Of a DNA stretch of 64,000 bases, positions 15,754-24,392 are shown one piece after another. The notes below the pieces were generated by a model that searched no databases, had not been told where the DNA came from, and worked only from the letters and a program-made list of their open reading frames with translations. Origin of the DNA: a virus; IMG/VR virus record IMGVR_UViG_3300027974_000021; one strand, 5' to 3'. Within the stretch, counting starts at the first letter, position 1. Each line of letters begins with the position of its first letter. A program made the position numbers and the translations under genes.

Positions 15754-16641
15754 ATGGTGGATCTAAATGCTCTTCGTAAAGAGAGCCAAAATGACTTTAC
15801 GAAAATTAATCAAGAGTTCGATCGAATTAATAAAGGATCGAGCGCAAAATCAGACTCTTCTGAAGACACTCGTTTTTGGAAACTAGAACCAGATAAACTG
15901 GGCAATGCAACAGCAGTCATTCGTTTTCTTCCACGTAGCAATGGTGATGAACTTCCATGGGTGAGATTATTTTCACATGGTTTTCAGGGACCATCTGGTA
16001 AATGGTATATAGAGAACAGCCGAACAACATTGAATGAAAAAGATCCTGTCGGAGAATTGAATTCTAAGTTGTGGGCGAGTAATCTTGAGAGTAATCGAGA
16101 GATTGCGAGAAAGCAAAAGAGACGTATGCATTACATCGCGAATGTTTATATTATCAGTGATCCGAAGAATCCTGCAAACGAAGGAACAGTGAAACTGTTT
16201 AAGTTTGGAAAGAAGATCTTTGATAAGATTATGGAAAAGGCGAAACCTACATTTGCTGATGAGAAACCAATGAATGTATTCGATATATTCGCTGGTGCTG
16301 ACTTTAGATTGAGAATGCGTAAAGTAGATGGTTATGCAAACTACGATCAGAGTAGTTTTCTTGAACCAAATGCATTCTTGAGTAGTGATGAGAAGAGATT
16401 AACAGAAACGTTAGCAAAAGCTCATCCATTGGCTCCTTTCATTGCACCGACACAGTTTAAGTCATATGAAGATTTAAATCGTCGACTGAATGAGGTACTT
16501 GAAACTCTTCCAGAATCTAAATCATCTGGAACAATTGCAAAACCAAAAACAGCTGAGAATACAACTTTGACTTCGGCGAAAAAAGAAGAAGAGGATGTAT
16601 TAAGCTATTTTCAAGGAATAGCAAATGACCTTGAATCATAA
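15754..16641 (+). CDS. gp32: Single-stranded DNA-binding protein gp32
   Basis: DTRFWK, AVIRFLP, HGFQGPSGKWYIENSRTT, FKFGKKIFDKI, YANYDQSSF, acidic C-terminus. Confidence 0.95.
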   Translation: MVDLNALRKESQNDFTKINQEFDRINKGSSAKSDSSEDTRFWKLEPDKLGNATAVIRFLPRSNGDELPWVRLFSHGFQGPSGKWYIENSRTTLNEKDPVGELNSKLWASNLESNREIARKQKRRMHYIANVYIISDPKNPANEGTVKLFKFGKKIFDKIMEKAKPTFADEKPMNVFDIFAGADFRLRMRKVDGYANYDQSSFLEPNAFLSSDEKRLTETLAKAHPLAPFIAPTQFKSYEDLNRRLNEVLETLPESKSSGTIAKPKTAENTTLTSAKKEEEDVLSYFQGIANDLES

Positions 16642-16906
16642 GAATATGAATAAATCGAATCTGACGTTTTATTTGCTTCTGATTAGTTGGACAACTACAA
16701 TACTTGTGGGAGTTTGGGCTTGGAATGTAAATAGTAAGTATGATCGAGCGAAGTTTATATTACGTGAGTATTTTGATCGAGAGGTTGCGAAGAGTAAAGT
16801 ATTGCAATTATTCGAGCCGAATATTCATAATCGATTGCTGGATAAGCTATTCGAAGAGTGGTTAAGGAATAAGAATAGTAATGTTTTAACCTCGAATATT
16901 AAATAA
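16625..16906 (+). CDS. Hypothetical membrane-anchored protein
   Basis: One TM segment (FYLLLISWTTTILVGVWAW). Confidence 0.6.
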   Translation: MTLNHKNMNKSNLTFYLLLISWTTTILVGVWAWNVNSKYDRAKFILREYFDREVAKSKVLQLFEPNIHNRLLDKLFEEWLRNKNSNVLTSNIK

Positions 16907-16931
16907 ACGTAGTAGTTTAATTTCTAATCCC

Positions 16932-16960
16932 TTTACTTCCAAGAAGAGAGGGGTTAGAAT
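16932..16960 (+). promoter_or_regulatory. Promoter-like TTTACT-N17-TAGAAT embedded in an inverted repeat
   Basis: Same -35 and spacing as the other early promoters; arms TTCTAATCCCT / AGGGGTTAGAA. Confidence 0.5.
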
Positions 16961-17002
16961 AAACACCTGTAGAGGTTTCAAGGAATATAGAATTAGAAAT
17001 TT

Positions 17003-17077
17003 ATGATAGAATTAATTATAGGAATTAGTTTGGCACTTGCGATTGCTGTAATTGTGATGTATAACTTTCCGATTTAA
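17003..17077 (+). CDS. Possible 24-aa hydrophobic peptide (MIELIIGISLALAIAVIVMYNFPI)
   Basis: Downstream of the promoter-like site; almost wholly a TM helix. Confidence 0.4.
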   Translation: MIELIIGISLALAIAVIVMYNFPI

Positions 17078-17138
17078 AACCGAATATAAATTTCAACGAT
17101 CAATATAATCATTCCAGCAATAAGTATTATCGGATCCA

Positions 17139-17771
17139 TTAGATTGAACGAAATACTCGAATCTCACCATCCTCAATTACACGATAAGCTTCAAAGGTAA
17201 TTGAAGAATATTCACGACTTAATCTTAAAAAAGCTTTTAAATTCTCTCGGTCATCATCAAAGAATCTTACTTTCGAGAAAGACTTTGTATTCAAATACTT
17301 ACGAATAATCATTGCTTTTCTCGCAGCACCTGATCCACTCTCTATATTCCCTGCACGTTCAACTCGAACACTATCAATGTCAAAGCCATATTTACGGAAA
17401 GTTTTAAGGAATACATTCTTACTATCAAAATCAGTTCTTGCGGTTAATATAATTACACGTGAGTTTTCGTATTTCTTTGCTGATGCTAATATCAATTTGG
17501 CACGTCGCATCATTCGTCCGATCGGTTGAGATTCTTTATAGAACTTCGCTGCATCTTTAAATTCAGTATAATCAAACATTTCATTTGCTCCTAAAGTATA
17601 GGAAGCATATTCTGCAGTTGTTAATGTACGGATTGTTTCTTTTGTGATTGAATTGCGAACTCGAATAGTTGCTGTTGTACGGAAGAGTGTATCATCAATA
17701 TCGAATATTGTTAGCCAACCATTCGCATACTCGTCATGAGTCTTTACGTAATTACTAAACGTTTGAACCAT
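17139..17771 (-). CDS. HAD-superfamily hydrolase/phosphatase
   Basis: IFDIDDTLF (motif I), ILTAR (II), K (III), FFDDD (IV). Confidence 0.82.
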   Translation of the reverse strand: MVQTFSNYVKTHDEYANGWLTIFDIDDTLFRTTATIRVRNSITKETIRTLTTAEYASYTLGANEMFDYTEFKDAAKFYKESQPIGRMMRRAKLILASAKKYENSRVIILTARTDFDSKNVFLKTFRKYGFDIDSVRVERAGNIESGSGAARKAMIIRKYLNTKSFSKVRFFDDDRENLKAFLRLSREYSSITFEAYRVIEDGEIRVFRSI

Positions 17772-19329
17772 AGAGAGAACCTACATATTTCGAAAGAGTA
17801 TTCTCATCGTTTCGAACAGTTTTTGACGTCATTAAATTACTCTCTTTTGGAGCATTTACAGTTGAACTTGGTGCATTAATAATTACATTTGAACTCGCAG
17901 CACTCTTTGCACTCTCAGCATCAGCAGAAGAAGACATTATTTGATTGCCAACATCGCTCGGTGTTCCAGAACTAATTACATTATTGAATCCTGTCGGCGA
18001 AACACCAGAGAGTGTATTCGTAGAACTAAGTTCACTAGATTTTGAAAGATTGTTTTCAGAAGCTACCTTTTTATTAATATGTTTTTGGTTTGAAGTAATC
18101 ACATCTTCGTTTATTTTACGATATGCTTGTACTTCTTGTTTTGTACCAATTTCAGAGAGAGCAGTATTAATATTCGAATCTGTTAATTCTTTACCTGAAG
18201 TTGAAGCACTCATCATTAATGAATTCATTCGAATATTCATTGCATCTTGTAAACCCTCATTTTTATCAAGTATTGATTTTGCAGATTCTTTTGTCATTGG
18301 AGTCTTCGGAAGAGAAACTGATTCACCAGTCAATGATTTATTAATCACTGGTGAAACTGGAGTCACTGGAGCTCTACTTGGGTTTCCATCAGATCCTATT
18401 GTTCTATCTGAATTTAATCCTTCTACATTGTTTACCTTTGGTAAAACATTTTTTGAAGGAATAGGTTTCTCAGCACCAACTGTATCTTGTTGCGGTGTTG
18501 AAATTTCAGATTTACGGAAAGGATAGAAAGGACCGATTGAAACACCAAATACTTTAAACTCTGGTATTCCTAGATTATTTAAAAAGCCTGATAACATTTG
18601 TCCTAAACGTTCTGGTAATTTCGATATGTAATCTCCGATGCTTGTAAAGAATTTCTTAATTGAATTTACAATTATATCCCCAAGATTGTCAGGTAAATCT
18701 AAACCGAATAAATTAGCAACCCAATCAACAATACCAAATACGAAATTAAGTGCACCTTTGAAAAATCCTTCTACGAATGAACCTACGATATCAAAGAAAG
18801 AACCACCTGATTTATACATTGCGAATGCATCTTTAATTCCACGAACGAATCCTGCAATTGCAACTGTAATTCCTCCAATAATCGCAGCAGCAAGTCCTGC
18901 AGGAAGTCCTGCTAAGAATCCAAAGAATCCTACAATTATTCTTAAAAAACCTTTTGTAAGGAATGGAAGTACTCCTTTAAAAATAAATCTAGAAGCAGCA
19001 GCAATACCTGAGAAAAGAGCACCAAATAATTTAGAAATTAACATTGCACCATAAAAGCCAAGCATATTACCAAAATTCATTTTAGAATCTGTATTCTCTT
19101 CTAATGCATTACTGTCTCTTCCAGATACACCTTTTGCTATTACTTCAAGTAAATCTACCATTCTTTGAATGTTTAATGAAGTTTCTCTTGCTGTTTCTTC
19201 ATTAGCAGGTTTATTTGAACTGTTTTCTACGTTTGAAACAAGAGGTTGACCTTTAGCATCAACTAAGAGTGCTTTCGGTTGTCCATCGTTTACAATAGAT
19301 TGTTGTACAAGTACGTTTGTAAGTGCCAT
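17755..19329 (-). CDS. Tape-measure / baseplate hub-like protein (gp29 position)
   Basis: Follows gp26-gp51; hydrophobic Gly/Ala-rich helical core and low-complexity C-terminus with VIINAPS. Confidence 0.55.
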   Translation of the reverse strand: MALTNVLVQQSIVNDGQPKALLVDAKGQPLVSNVENSSNKPANEETARETSLNIQRMVDLLEVIAKGVSGRDSNALEENTDSKMNFGNMLGFYGAMLISKLFGALFSGIAAASRFIFKGVLPFLTKGFLRIIVGFFGFLAGLPAGLAAAIIGGITVAIAGFVRGIKDAFAMYKSGGSFFDIVGSFVEGFFKGALNFVFGIVDWVANLFGLDLPDNLGDIIVNSIKKFFTSIGDYISKLPERLGQMLSGFLNNLGIPEFKVFGVSIGPFYPFRKSEISTPQQDTVGAEKPIPSKNVLPKVNNVEGLNSDRTIGSDGNPSRAPVTPVSPVINKSLTGESVSLPKTPMTKESAKSILDKNEGLQDAMNIRMNSLMMSASTSGKELTDSNINTALSEIGTKQEVQAYRKINEDVITSNQKHINKKVASENNLSKSSELSSTNTLSGVSPTGFNNVISSGTPSDVGNQIMSSSADAESAKSAASSNVIINAPSSTVNAPKESNLMTSKTVRNDENTLSKYVGSLYGSNV

Positions 19330-19515
19330 TTATTTTTGTATTCTTCTTTGTTCTGCTTTTTGTTTTTCTTCTTGTAAATGTTTAATCAACATTTCAACAT
19401 ATATTTCACGTTCAAAAGGTATCTGATTTTCAAGCTCAGTCAAAGAGTATTTATGATATTGCATTAATGCGAAGTTAGTCTTATAATGGTTGACTAACGA
19501 CTCATGGCTGAGCAT
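19330..19515 (-). CDS. gp51: Baseplate hub assembly catalyst gp51-like
   Basis: YKTNFALMQYHKYSLTELENQIPFEREIYV signature. Confidence 0.82.
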   Translation of the reverse strand: MLSHESLVNHYKTNFALMQYHKYSLTELENQIPFEREIYVEMLIKHLQEEKQKAEQRRIQK

Positions 19516-20252
19516 TATGAAAAAAAATTGGCTAAACCCTCTATCTTTCTTGTATGTGATTTATTACACCCTTTACAAGTCCAGATTATTTCTTTACTTA
19601 ATCTTGGCATAGTTTCGAAAAACTTTTGTATTTTACTAAATTGACCTGTTGTTAAGTTATTAACAAATTCACTTAGTTCTTTTTTAGTTTGTTCTTTACT
19701 ATGATATATTTGTTGTCCATCATATATGTAATCTATACTATCAGTTATAATATCAAAGAAAACTTCTGTATCTAGTTTATTTTGATCTGCTAATTTCAAT
19801 GTCTTTAATTTTAAAAGTAAATCTAATGATGGGTATTTCATTACAACACCTACATCATTAAATAGAGATATTTTATTCTCATGTCCTTCTGGTGTAATTA
19901 CAGGAACATTCATTATATTAATTTTTAATATACTCTTAGCTTCCTTATTATCTTTACACTCTGGTGTATCGCATTTAGCGATTAATTCTACTTCTTCACC
20001 AACTGACTTACCACGTAATTGACAAAAAATATATTCTAAGTCAAATAATGCTAAATCATTTGTATCGAGTCCGACTACACACTCACCAACAATTGTTTTA
20101 AGTGTGTTCATCATTGTCTTTTCATCTTCAGATTGGAACGCAAGCAATAAAGCTTTTTCTTGTTTCACTAGAAATGGCTTATACTTATATTCTTTCTTAG
20201 AAGATGGAACAGTTAATGTATAGGTTGGTGTACTACTTATTGGCAATGCCAT
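19515..20252 (-). CDS. gp26: Baseplate hub subunit gp26-like
   Basis: MALP..TPTY.L..PS, YKPFLVKQEK, LRGKSVGE, FFETMP, CxxC, GLANFF. Confidence 0.88.
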   Translation of the reverse strand: MALPISSTPTYTLTVPSSKKEYKYKPFLVKQEKALLLAFQSEDEKTMMNTLKTIVGECVVGLDTNDLALFDLEYIFCQLRGKSVGEEVELIAKCDTPECKDNKEAKSILKINIMNVPVITPEGHENKISLFNDVGVVMKYPSLDLLLKLKTLKLADQNKLDTEVFFDIITDSIDYIYDGQQIYHSKEQTKKELSEFVNNLTTGQFSKIQKFFETMPRLSKEIIWTCKGCNKSHTRKIEGLANFFS

Positions 20253-20256
20253 ATTA

Positions 20257-20697
20257 TTATTCTCCTTCAGTTTCTTTATAATTTTTAATTATCTTATTCA
20301 ATTCATTCGTAGAACCTATAAACACATTATTGTTTACAGTTTTTGTTTCTGTTTTCTGTATTCGTCCTACATCTGCTTGTTGTTTGTGTAAATCTAATAA
20401 TTGCTGGTTTACATCAGCAAGTTGTTTTATCATATTACCTACAACTTCAAAGGCTCTTGGATGCTCTGATTGTTTTGCTATCTCGAGTGAATGCTTTAAT
20501 GCTTCTTCTCCTTTTAAAAGGAGATTGTGAAGATTAGAACGAGAAGTGTTAAAATCAGTAGCAATCGTATTCTCTTTTTCATTTGCTATCTCTTTTGGAC
20601 TTATTACTTCCAAATTTGTATATGGCTCAGTTGGCTCACTGACCTTTAATTTCTCACTGTTAAACACTTCACTTAATTTATCATCTATAATAGACAT
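20257..20697 (-). CDS. gp16: Terminase small subunit gp16
   Basis: SEHPRAFEVVGNMIKQLAD...NNNVFIGSTNEL. Confidence 0.85.
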   Translation of the reverse strand: MSIIDDKLSEVFNSEKLKVSEPTEPYTNLEVISPKEIANEKENTIATDFNTSRSNLHNLLLKGEEALKHSLEIAKQSEHPRAFEVVGNMIKQLADVNQQLLDLHKQQADVGRIQKTETKTVNNNVFIGSTNELNKIIKNYKETEGE

Positions 20698-20712
20698 TTT
20701 ATAATCCTATAA

Positions 20713-21612
20713 TTAAACTACTCTAAATGTGCTTCCTAACATACCATCTAAAGTTTTTTGACTGAAACGAACATTCGCATCTAGTATTTCAGGAGTTGCT
20801 TGTTCGTATTGTGGTGCGAATTGATTTGTTCGATTATTACTAATTGAATTACTCAATCCAGTAAATGTATCTTGAAATCCTGCAAAATCACTAAAGTAAT
20901 TTGCTGCAACTGGTAAAGAATTTACAATTACACCAGCAGGGTCAGTTAATACTTGATTACCAACACCTTGTATTCCCTCTAATATAGATTGAATCCATCC
21001 TTTATTTTGTTTTGGAGGAGGAGCATATAAACTTGTAGTAAAATACTTATAAGCAAAAGTCACATTAAGTTTTGCAACTTCATTTGATCCTTGTGCTAAA
21101 TTAATACTCTGCACTGTCTTAGGATATGCTTCATGTAATTTAACTAAGTATCTTGTATTATTTGCTACATCATTTACAAATAGATAAACTGTACTTACAT
21201 AATTTTCATAAAACTGTATTGTTCTATCTGTTGTATTTTGAATTGAATCTTGCCAAGCTTCAAAGAAAGCTTTCACTTTAAATCCTGTATCTATGTAATA
21301 ATTAGCAGTCACTGGATCGAATACTTTCTCATAAGGCATTTCTCTTGTTTCGCCGAAAGTACGAGCAGGAGTTGTAGATATATTTACTCCAGGAATATTA
21401 ATTGATTCACAATATAAAAATAACTTTCTGTAAAAATCAGCTGCAGCAAATGCTGGGTTTGTTCTTAAGGTCTTTGGTGCATCAACAGTACAACCAAAAC
21501 GATTCGTTCTGCTTAACCCATCTTTTTTAACCTCAGCGATAAATCTTTTTATATCTTGTGGTGATGTTGGTGCTTCTGCTCGTGTTAATCCGAATATATC
21601 TAAAATTGACAT
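20713..21612 (-). CDS. gp54: Baseplate tail-tube initiator gp54-like (start corrected to MSILDIF)
   Basis: GLSRTNRF, CESINIPG, FFEAWQ, LHEAYPKTV, KLNVTFAY tube-fold motifs. Confidence 0.75.
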   Translation of the reverse strand: MSILDIFGLTRAEAPTSPQDIKRFIAEVKKDGLSRTNRFGCTVDAPKTLRTNPAFAAADFYRKLFLYCESINIPGVNISTTPARTFGETREMPYEKVFDPVTANYYIDTGFKVKAFFEAWQDSIQNTTDRTIQFYENYVSTVYLFVNDVANNTRYLVKLHEAYPKTVQSINLAQGSNEVAKLNVTFAYKYFTTSLYAPPPKQNKGWIQSILEGIQGVGNQVLTDPAGVIVNSLPVAANYFSDFAGFQDTFTGLSNSISNNRTNQFAPQYEQATPEILDANVRFSQKTLDGMLGSTFRVV

Positions 21613-22205
21613 TAAATTTTTCCTATACTGTCTGCCCAAACGTTTGATTTGTTTACTGTAAATCTTTCAACAGGCAACATCATAACTGTAAACCAATTCT
21701 CAGGAGAGACTCTTAACATTGTTGATTGTATGTGATCATATAAGTATGAGTGTACACATGGCTTTGCTAAAACGAATTTACTTGCTGATCTTATAGTTGC
21801 CCAACTATAACGTATTCGAGTTGTTTCATCATATTTTTTATTATTCGCATATTCTAATAATCTATCTAATAATCTTACTCTTAATTGATATGGTAGATAA
21901 TGCATATTCAATCCAGTAAATCCTTTATCAGTAGTTGAAAATGGAAACACTAAAGGAAACATATCATAATATGGTAATTGTTCTTTTAACTTTGCATCGT
22001 AAAAGTACATATACAAGTTTCCTGGAACCATCACAGTTGATGTACGATTCTTACTGTCTGGTCTTAACAAAGATTGTGGCTGAATACGAGCAGTTCTTAA
22101 TTTTGCAGTTTCCCTTTGAAACCAATTTAATGATTTCGTTAATATAGTCTTATCTTGACCATATTTGGTGAAAATGTCCTGTGCTGTTTGTCTTACTTGA
22201 GCCAT
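21612..22205 (-). CDS. gp2: DNA end protector gp2
   Basis: YMYFYDAKLKEQLPYYDMFPLV, GLNMHYLP, VWADS. Confidence 0.9.
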   Translation of the reverse strand: MAQVRQTAQDIFTKYGQDKTILTKSLNWFQRETAKLRTARIQPQSLLRPDSKNRTSTVMVPGNLYMYFYDAKLKEQLPYYDMFPLVFPFSTTDKGFTGLNMHYLPYQLRVRLLDRLLEYANNKKYDETTRIRYSWATIRSASKFVLAKPCVHSYLYDHIQSTMLRVSPENWFTVMMLPVERFTVNKSNVWADSIGKI

Positions 22206-22210
22206 ATTAC

Positions 22211-22217
22211 TATTTAT
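22211..22217 (-). promoter_or_regulatory. Candidate late promoter (ATAAATA) upstream of gp2
   Basis: Reverse complement of TATTTAT. Confidence 0.45.
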
Positions 22218-22663
22218 TTACTATTGTCTAATCCTAAGTCTTTTTCTGTTAAAATAATGAACTTTTGATTACGATCTAAAGCATACTCTTTTGCAGCTTT
22301 CCATTTAGCTGAATTAACTATAAAATTATGACATTCTTTCAAATACCTACGTGTTTGGCTTCCAGGATATTCAGGCTGAATAGTTTGAGAATATGGTTTG
22401 ATTTCAACTAAATAAGTCTTAAGAGTATTAGTTTCTTTATCTTTAATAGTGACTGAAAAGTCAACGAAATATCTATGTATTCTTTTATCAATAGGAGAGC
22501 GATAGGGTACAATAACTTCCTCACTCTTCCAAGAAACTACTGCTGGATTTTTATCGCACCAAAGAGCGAATCTTGTTTCCCAAGATGAACGTAAATAGAT
22601 TGATGTAGGGTCGCCTACATACTTCTCAGGGAATATTGGTTTATATCGTCTAGTGTGAAACAT
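22214..22663 (-). CDS. gp4: Head completion nuclease gp4 (TnsA-like)
   Basis: PEKYVGD, RSSWE, HRYFVDF, VEIKP, AKWKAA, LTEKDL. Confidence 0.9.
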   Translation of the reverse strand: MFHTRRYKPIFPEKYVGDPTSIYLRSSWETRFALWCDKNPAVVSWKSEEVIVPYRSPIDKRIHRYFVDFSVTIKDKETNTLKTYLVEIKPYSQTIQPEYPGSQTRRYLKECHNFIVNSAKWKAAKEYALDRNQKFIILTEKDLGLDNSK

Positions 22664-22681
22664 AATTAATAAGGACTCAAC

Positions 22682-22689
22682 TATTTATA
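22682..22689 (-). promoter_or_regulatory. T4 late promoter TATAAATA driving the minus-strand block
   Basis: Perfect consensus 18 nt upstream of the gp4 ATG. Confidence 0.7.
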
Positions 22690-23861
22690 TGTCTATTTTA
22701 AACTCAACCACTCCAACAGCTAACTTTGGTGATTATGGCGATTCAGTATATCGCACAAAACAGTTCATGTATCCAACTGATTTACTATCAGTAGATCCAA
22801 ATAAAAATGAATATGGTGGTCAATACATGATGATTTATATTAACGTCACATCAGATTCTACATTCACAAGAGCAGATGAACAACAATCAGCAATACCAAA
22901 TATAAGTAAAAGAGTAGGAAAAGAATTATCAGGAGTAAAAGCATCAGGATTGTTAAAAAAAGAAAGTATTATTTCAGCAATAGCTTTGGCTGGTGGAGTA
23001 GCAGGTGGTGCTGGTGGAGCAATCGCAGCAGGAGCTCCAGGAGGAATAGTTGGTGGAGGAGTAGGTGCTGTTTTAGCAGGAGCATTAGGTGTATCATTAG
23101 GAGGTGATTTTTCTAAACCAAGAAAAAGATTATTAACAGCTATCGCTTTACATATACCAAATAATATTGCTATAAATTATGGTGTTAATTATGGTGAAGC
23201 TGATGGAGCTCTTACTGATTTAGTAATGAGAGGAATTGATACAGGGGCAGCAGGTTTAGAAGCATTAATCACAAGTCCAGGAGGAGCAGGAAAAGAAGTT
23301 TTTAACAACATAGGAAAAAGTGGAATCGGTGGAGGATTACAAGGTCAAGCACTTAATGTTTTAGGAGACACAGGAAAGATTATAGGAAAACTAGCAGGTG
23401 TTGCTTCTAATCCAAAAAAAGAACAAATATTTGAAGGTGTGCCTTTTAGATCATTCAGTTATACATATGATTTTTATCCTCGTAGTGAAGAAGAATCAGA
23501 GAATGTTAAAAGAATACTTGATGAATTAAAATATCACATGCATCCTAATTTTAAAGATGATGCTGGTTTTTTATTTGAATATCCAGCAGAGTTTGATATA
23601 TTCTTTATGCATAAAGGACAAGAGAATAAATTTATACACAAACATAGATCAGCTGTACTAGAATCAATGTCTGTTAATTATGCACCGAATGGTCAATTCT
23701 CATCATTTCCTAATGGTTCACCAACATCATATCAAGCCACATTAAATTTCAAAGAAGTTTCAATTATTACAAAAGAAGCTTTAGAAAATATGGGTGAAGT
23801 TCAACAAAGAAACACAAACAGTCCTGTAAGAAACTTTGGTGGACAAGCTGATACATTTTAA
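22689..23861 (+). CDS. gp48: Baseplate tail-tube cap gp48
   Basis: YPTDL, NPKKEQIFEGVPFRSFSYTYDFYPRSEEE, YPAEFDI, LNFKE. Confidence 0.85.
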   Translation: MSILNSTTPTANFGDYGDSVYRTKQFMYPTDLLSVDPNKNEYGGQYMMIYINVTSDSTFTRADEQQSAIPNISKRVGKELSGVKASGLLKKESIISAIALAGGVAGGAGGAIAAGAPGGIVGGGVGAVLAGALGVSLGGDFSKPRKRLLTAIALHIPNNIAINYGVNYGEADGALTDLVMRGIDTGAAGLEALITSPGGAGKEVFNNIGKSGIGGGLQGQALNVLGDTGKIIGKLAGVASNPKKEQIFEGVPFRSFSYTYDFYPRSEEESENVKRILDELKYHMHPNFKDDAGFLFEYPAEFDIFFMHKGQENKFIHKHRSAVLESMSVNYAPNGQFSSFPNGSPTSYQATLNFKEVSIITKEALENMGEVQQRNTNSPVRNFGGQADTF

Positions 23862-23872
23862 AGGAGATAACA

Positions 23873-24388
23873 ATGTACTTTAGAAAATTTCCAAAAATAT
23901 ATTATACTCTACGAGAAAAAAACGTAGATGTATTTAAAATAGTCACAGACATAACAGCAAATGTTAGAATAAGAAAAGCAGCACTTTCTAATATAACTAT
24001 ATGGGAAAGTTATGATATACGTGAAGGAGAAACACCTGAAATTATTGCTGAGAAGTTCTATAAAGATGCTACATTACATTGGGTGATTATGCTAGTAAAT
24101 AATCGTTATAATATGTATAATGATTTCCCTTTATCATATAATGAGTTAATGTCATATGTAGATAAAAAATATCCTGGAGTACAAAACCAAATTAAAGAAT
24201 ATAGAGTAGATGGATATGTGGTTGATAGTAATGTGATTGGAGCTGTCGGAATTACAAATAAAGAATATGAAGTTGAAAAGAACGAAGCTAAAAGAAGAAT
24301 TAAAATTATAGCACCAGCACTTATTAACACTGTAGTTCAAGAATTAAATGATTTAATGAGTGATGCTAATGGTCAAACTTTAGTATAA
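23873..24388 (+). CDS. gp53: Baseplate wedge gp53
   Basis: MYFRKFPKIYY, GETPEIIAEKFY, HWVIMLVN, NEAKRRIK. Confidence 0.9.
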   Translation: MYFRKFPKIYYTLREKNVDVFKIVTDITANVRIRKAALSNITIWESYDIREGETPEIIAEKFYKDATLHWVIMLVNNRYNMYNDFPLSYNELMSYVDKKYPGVQNQIKEYRVDGYVVDSNVIGAVGITNKEYEVEKNEAKRRIKIIAPALINTVVQELNDLMSDANGQTLV

Positions 24389-24392
24389 AATT

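Noticed and set aside
17945-19054. Plus-strand ORFs 17945..18526 and 18638..19054, plus the many minus-strand ORFs within 22.7-64 kb
   Set aside because: Antisense shadows of real genes caused by codon bias; no motifs or start signals.
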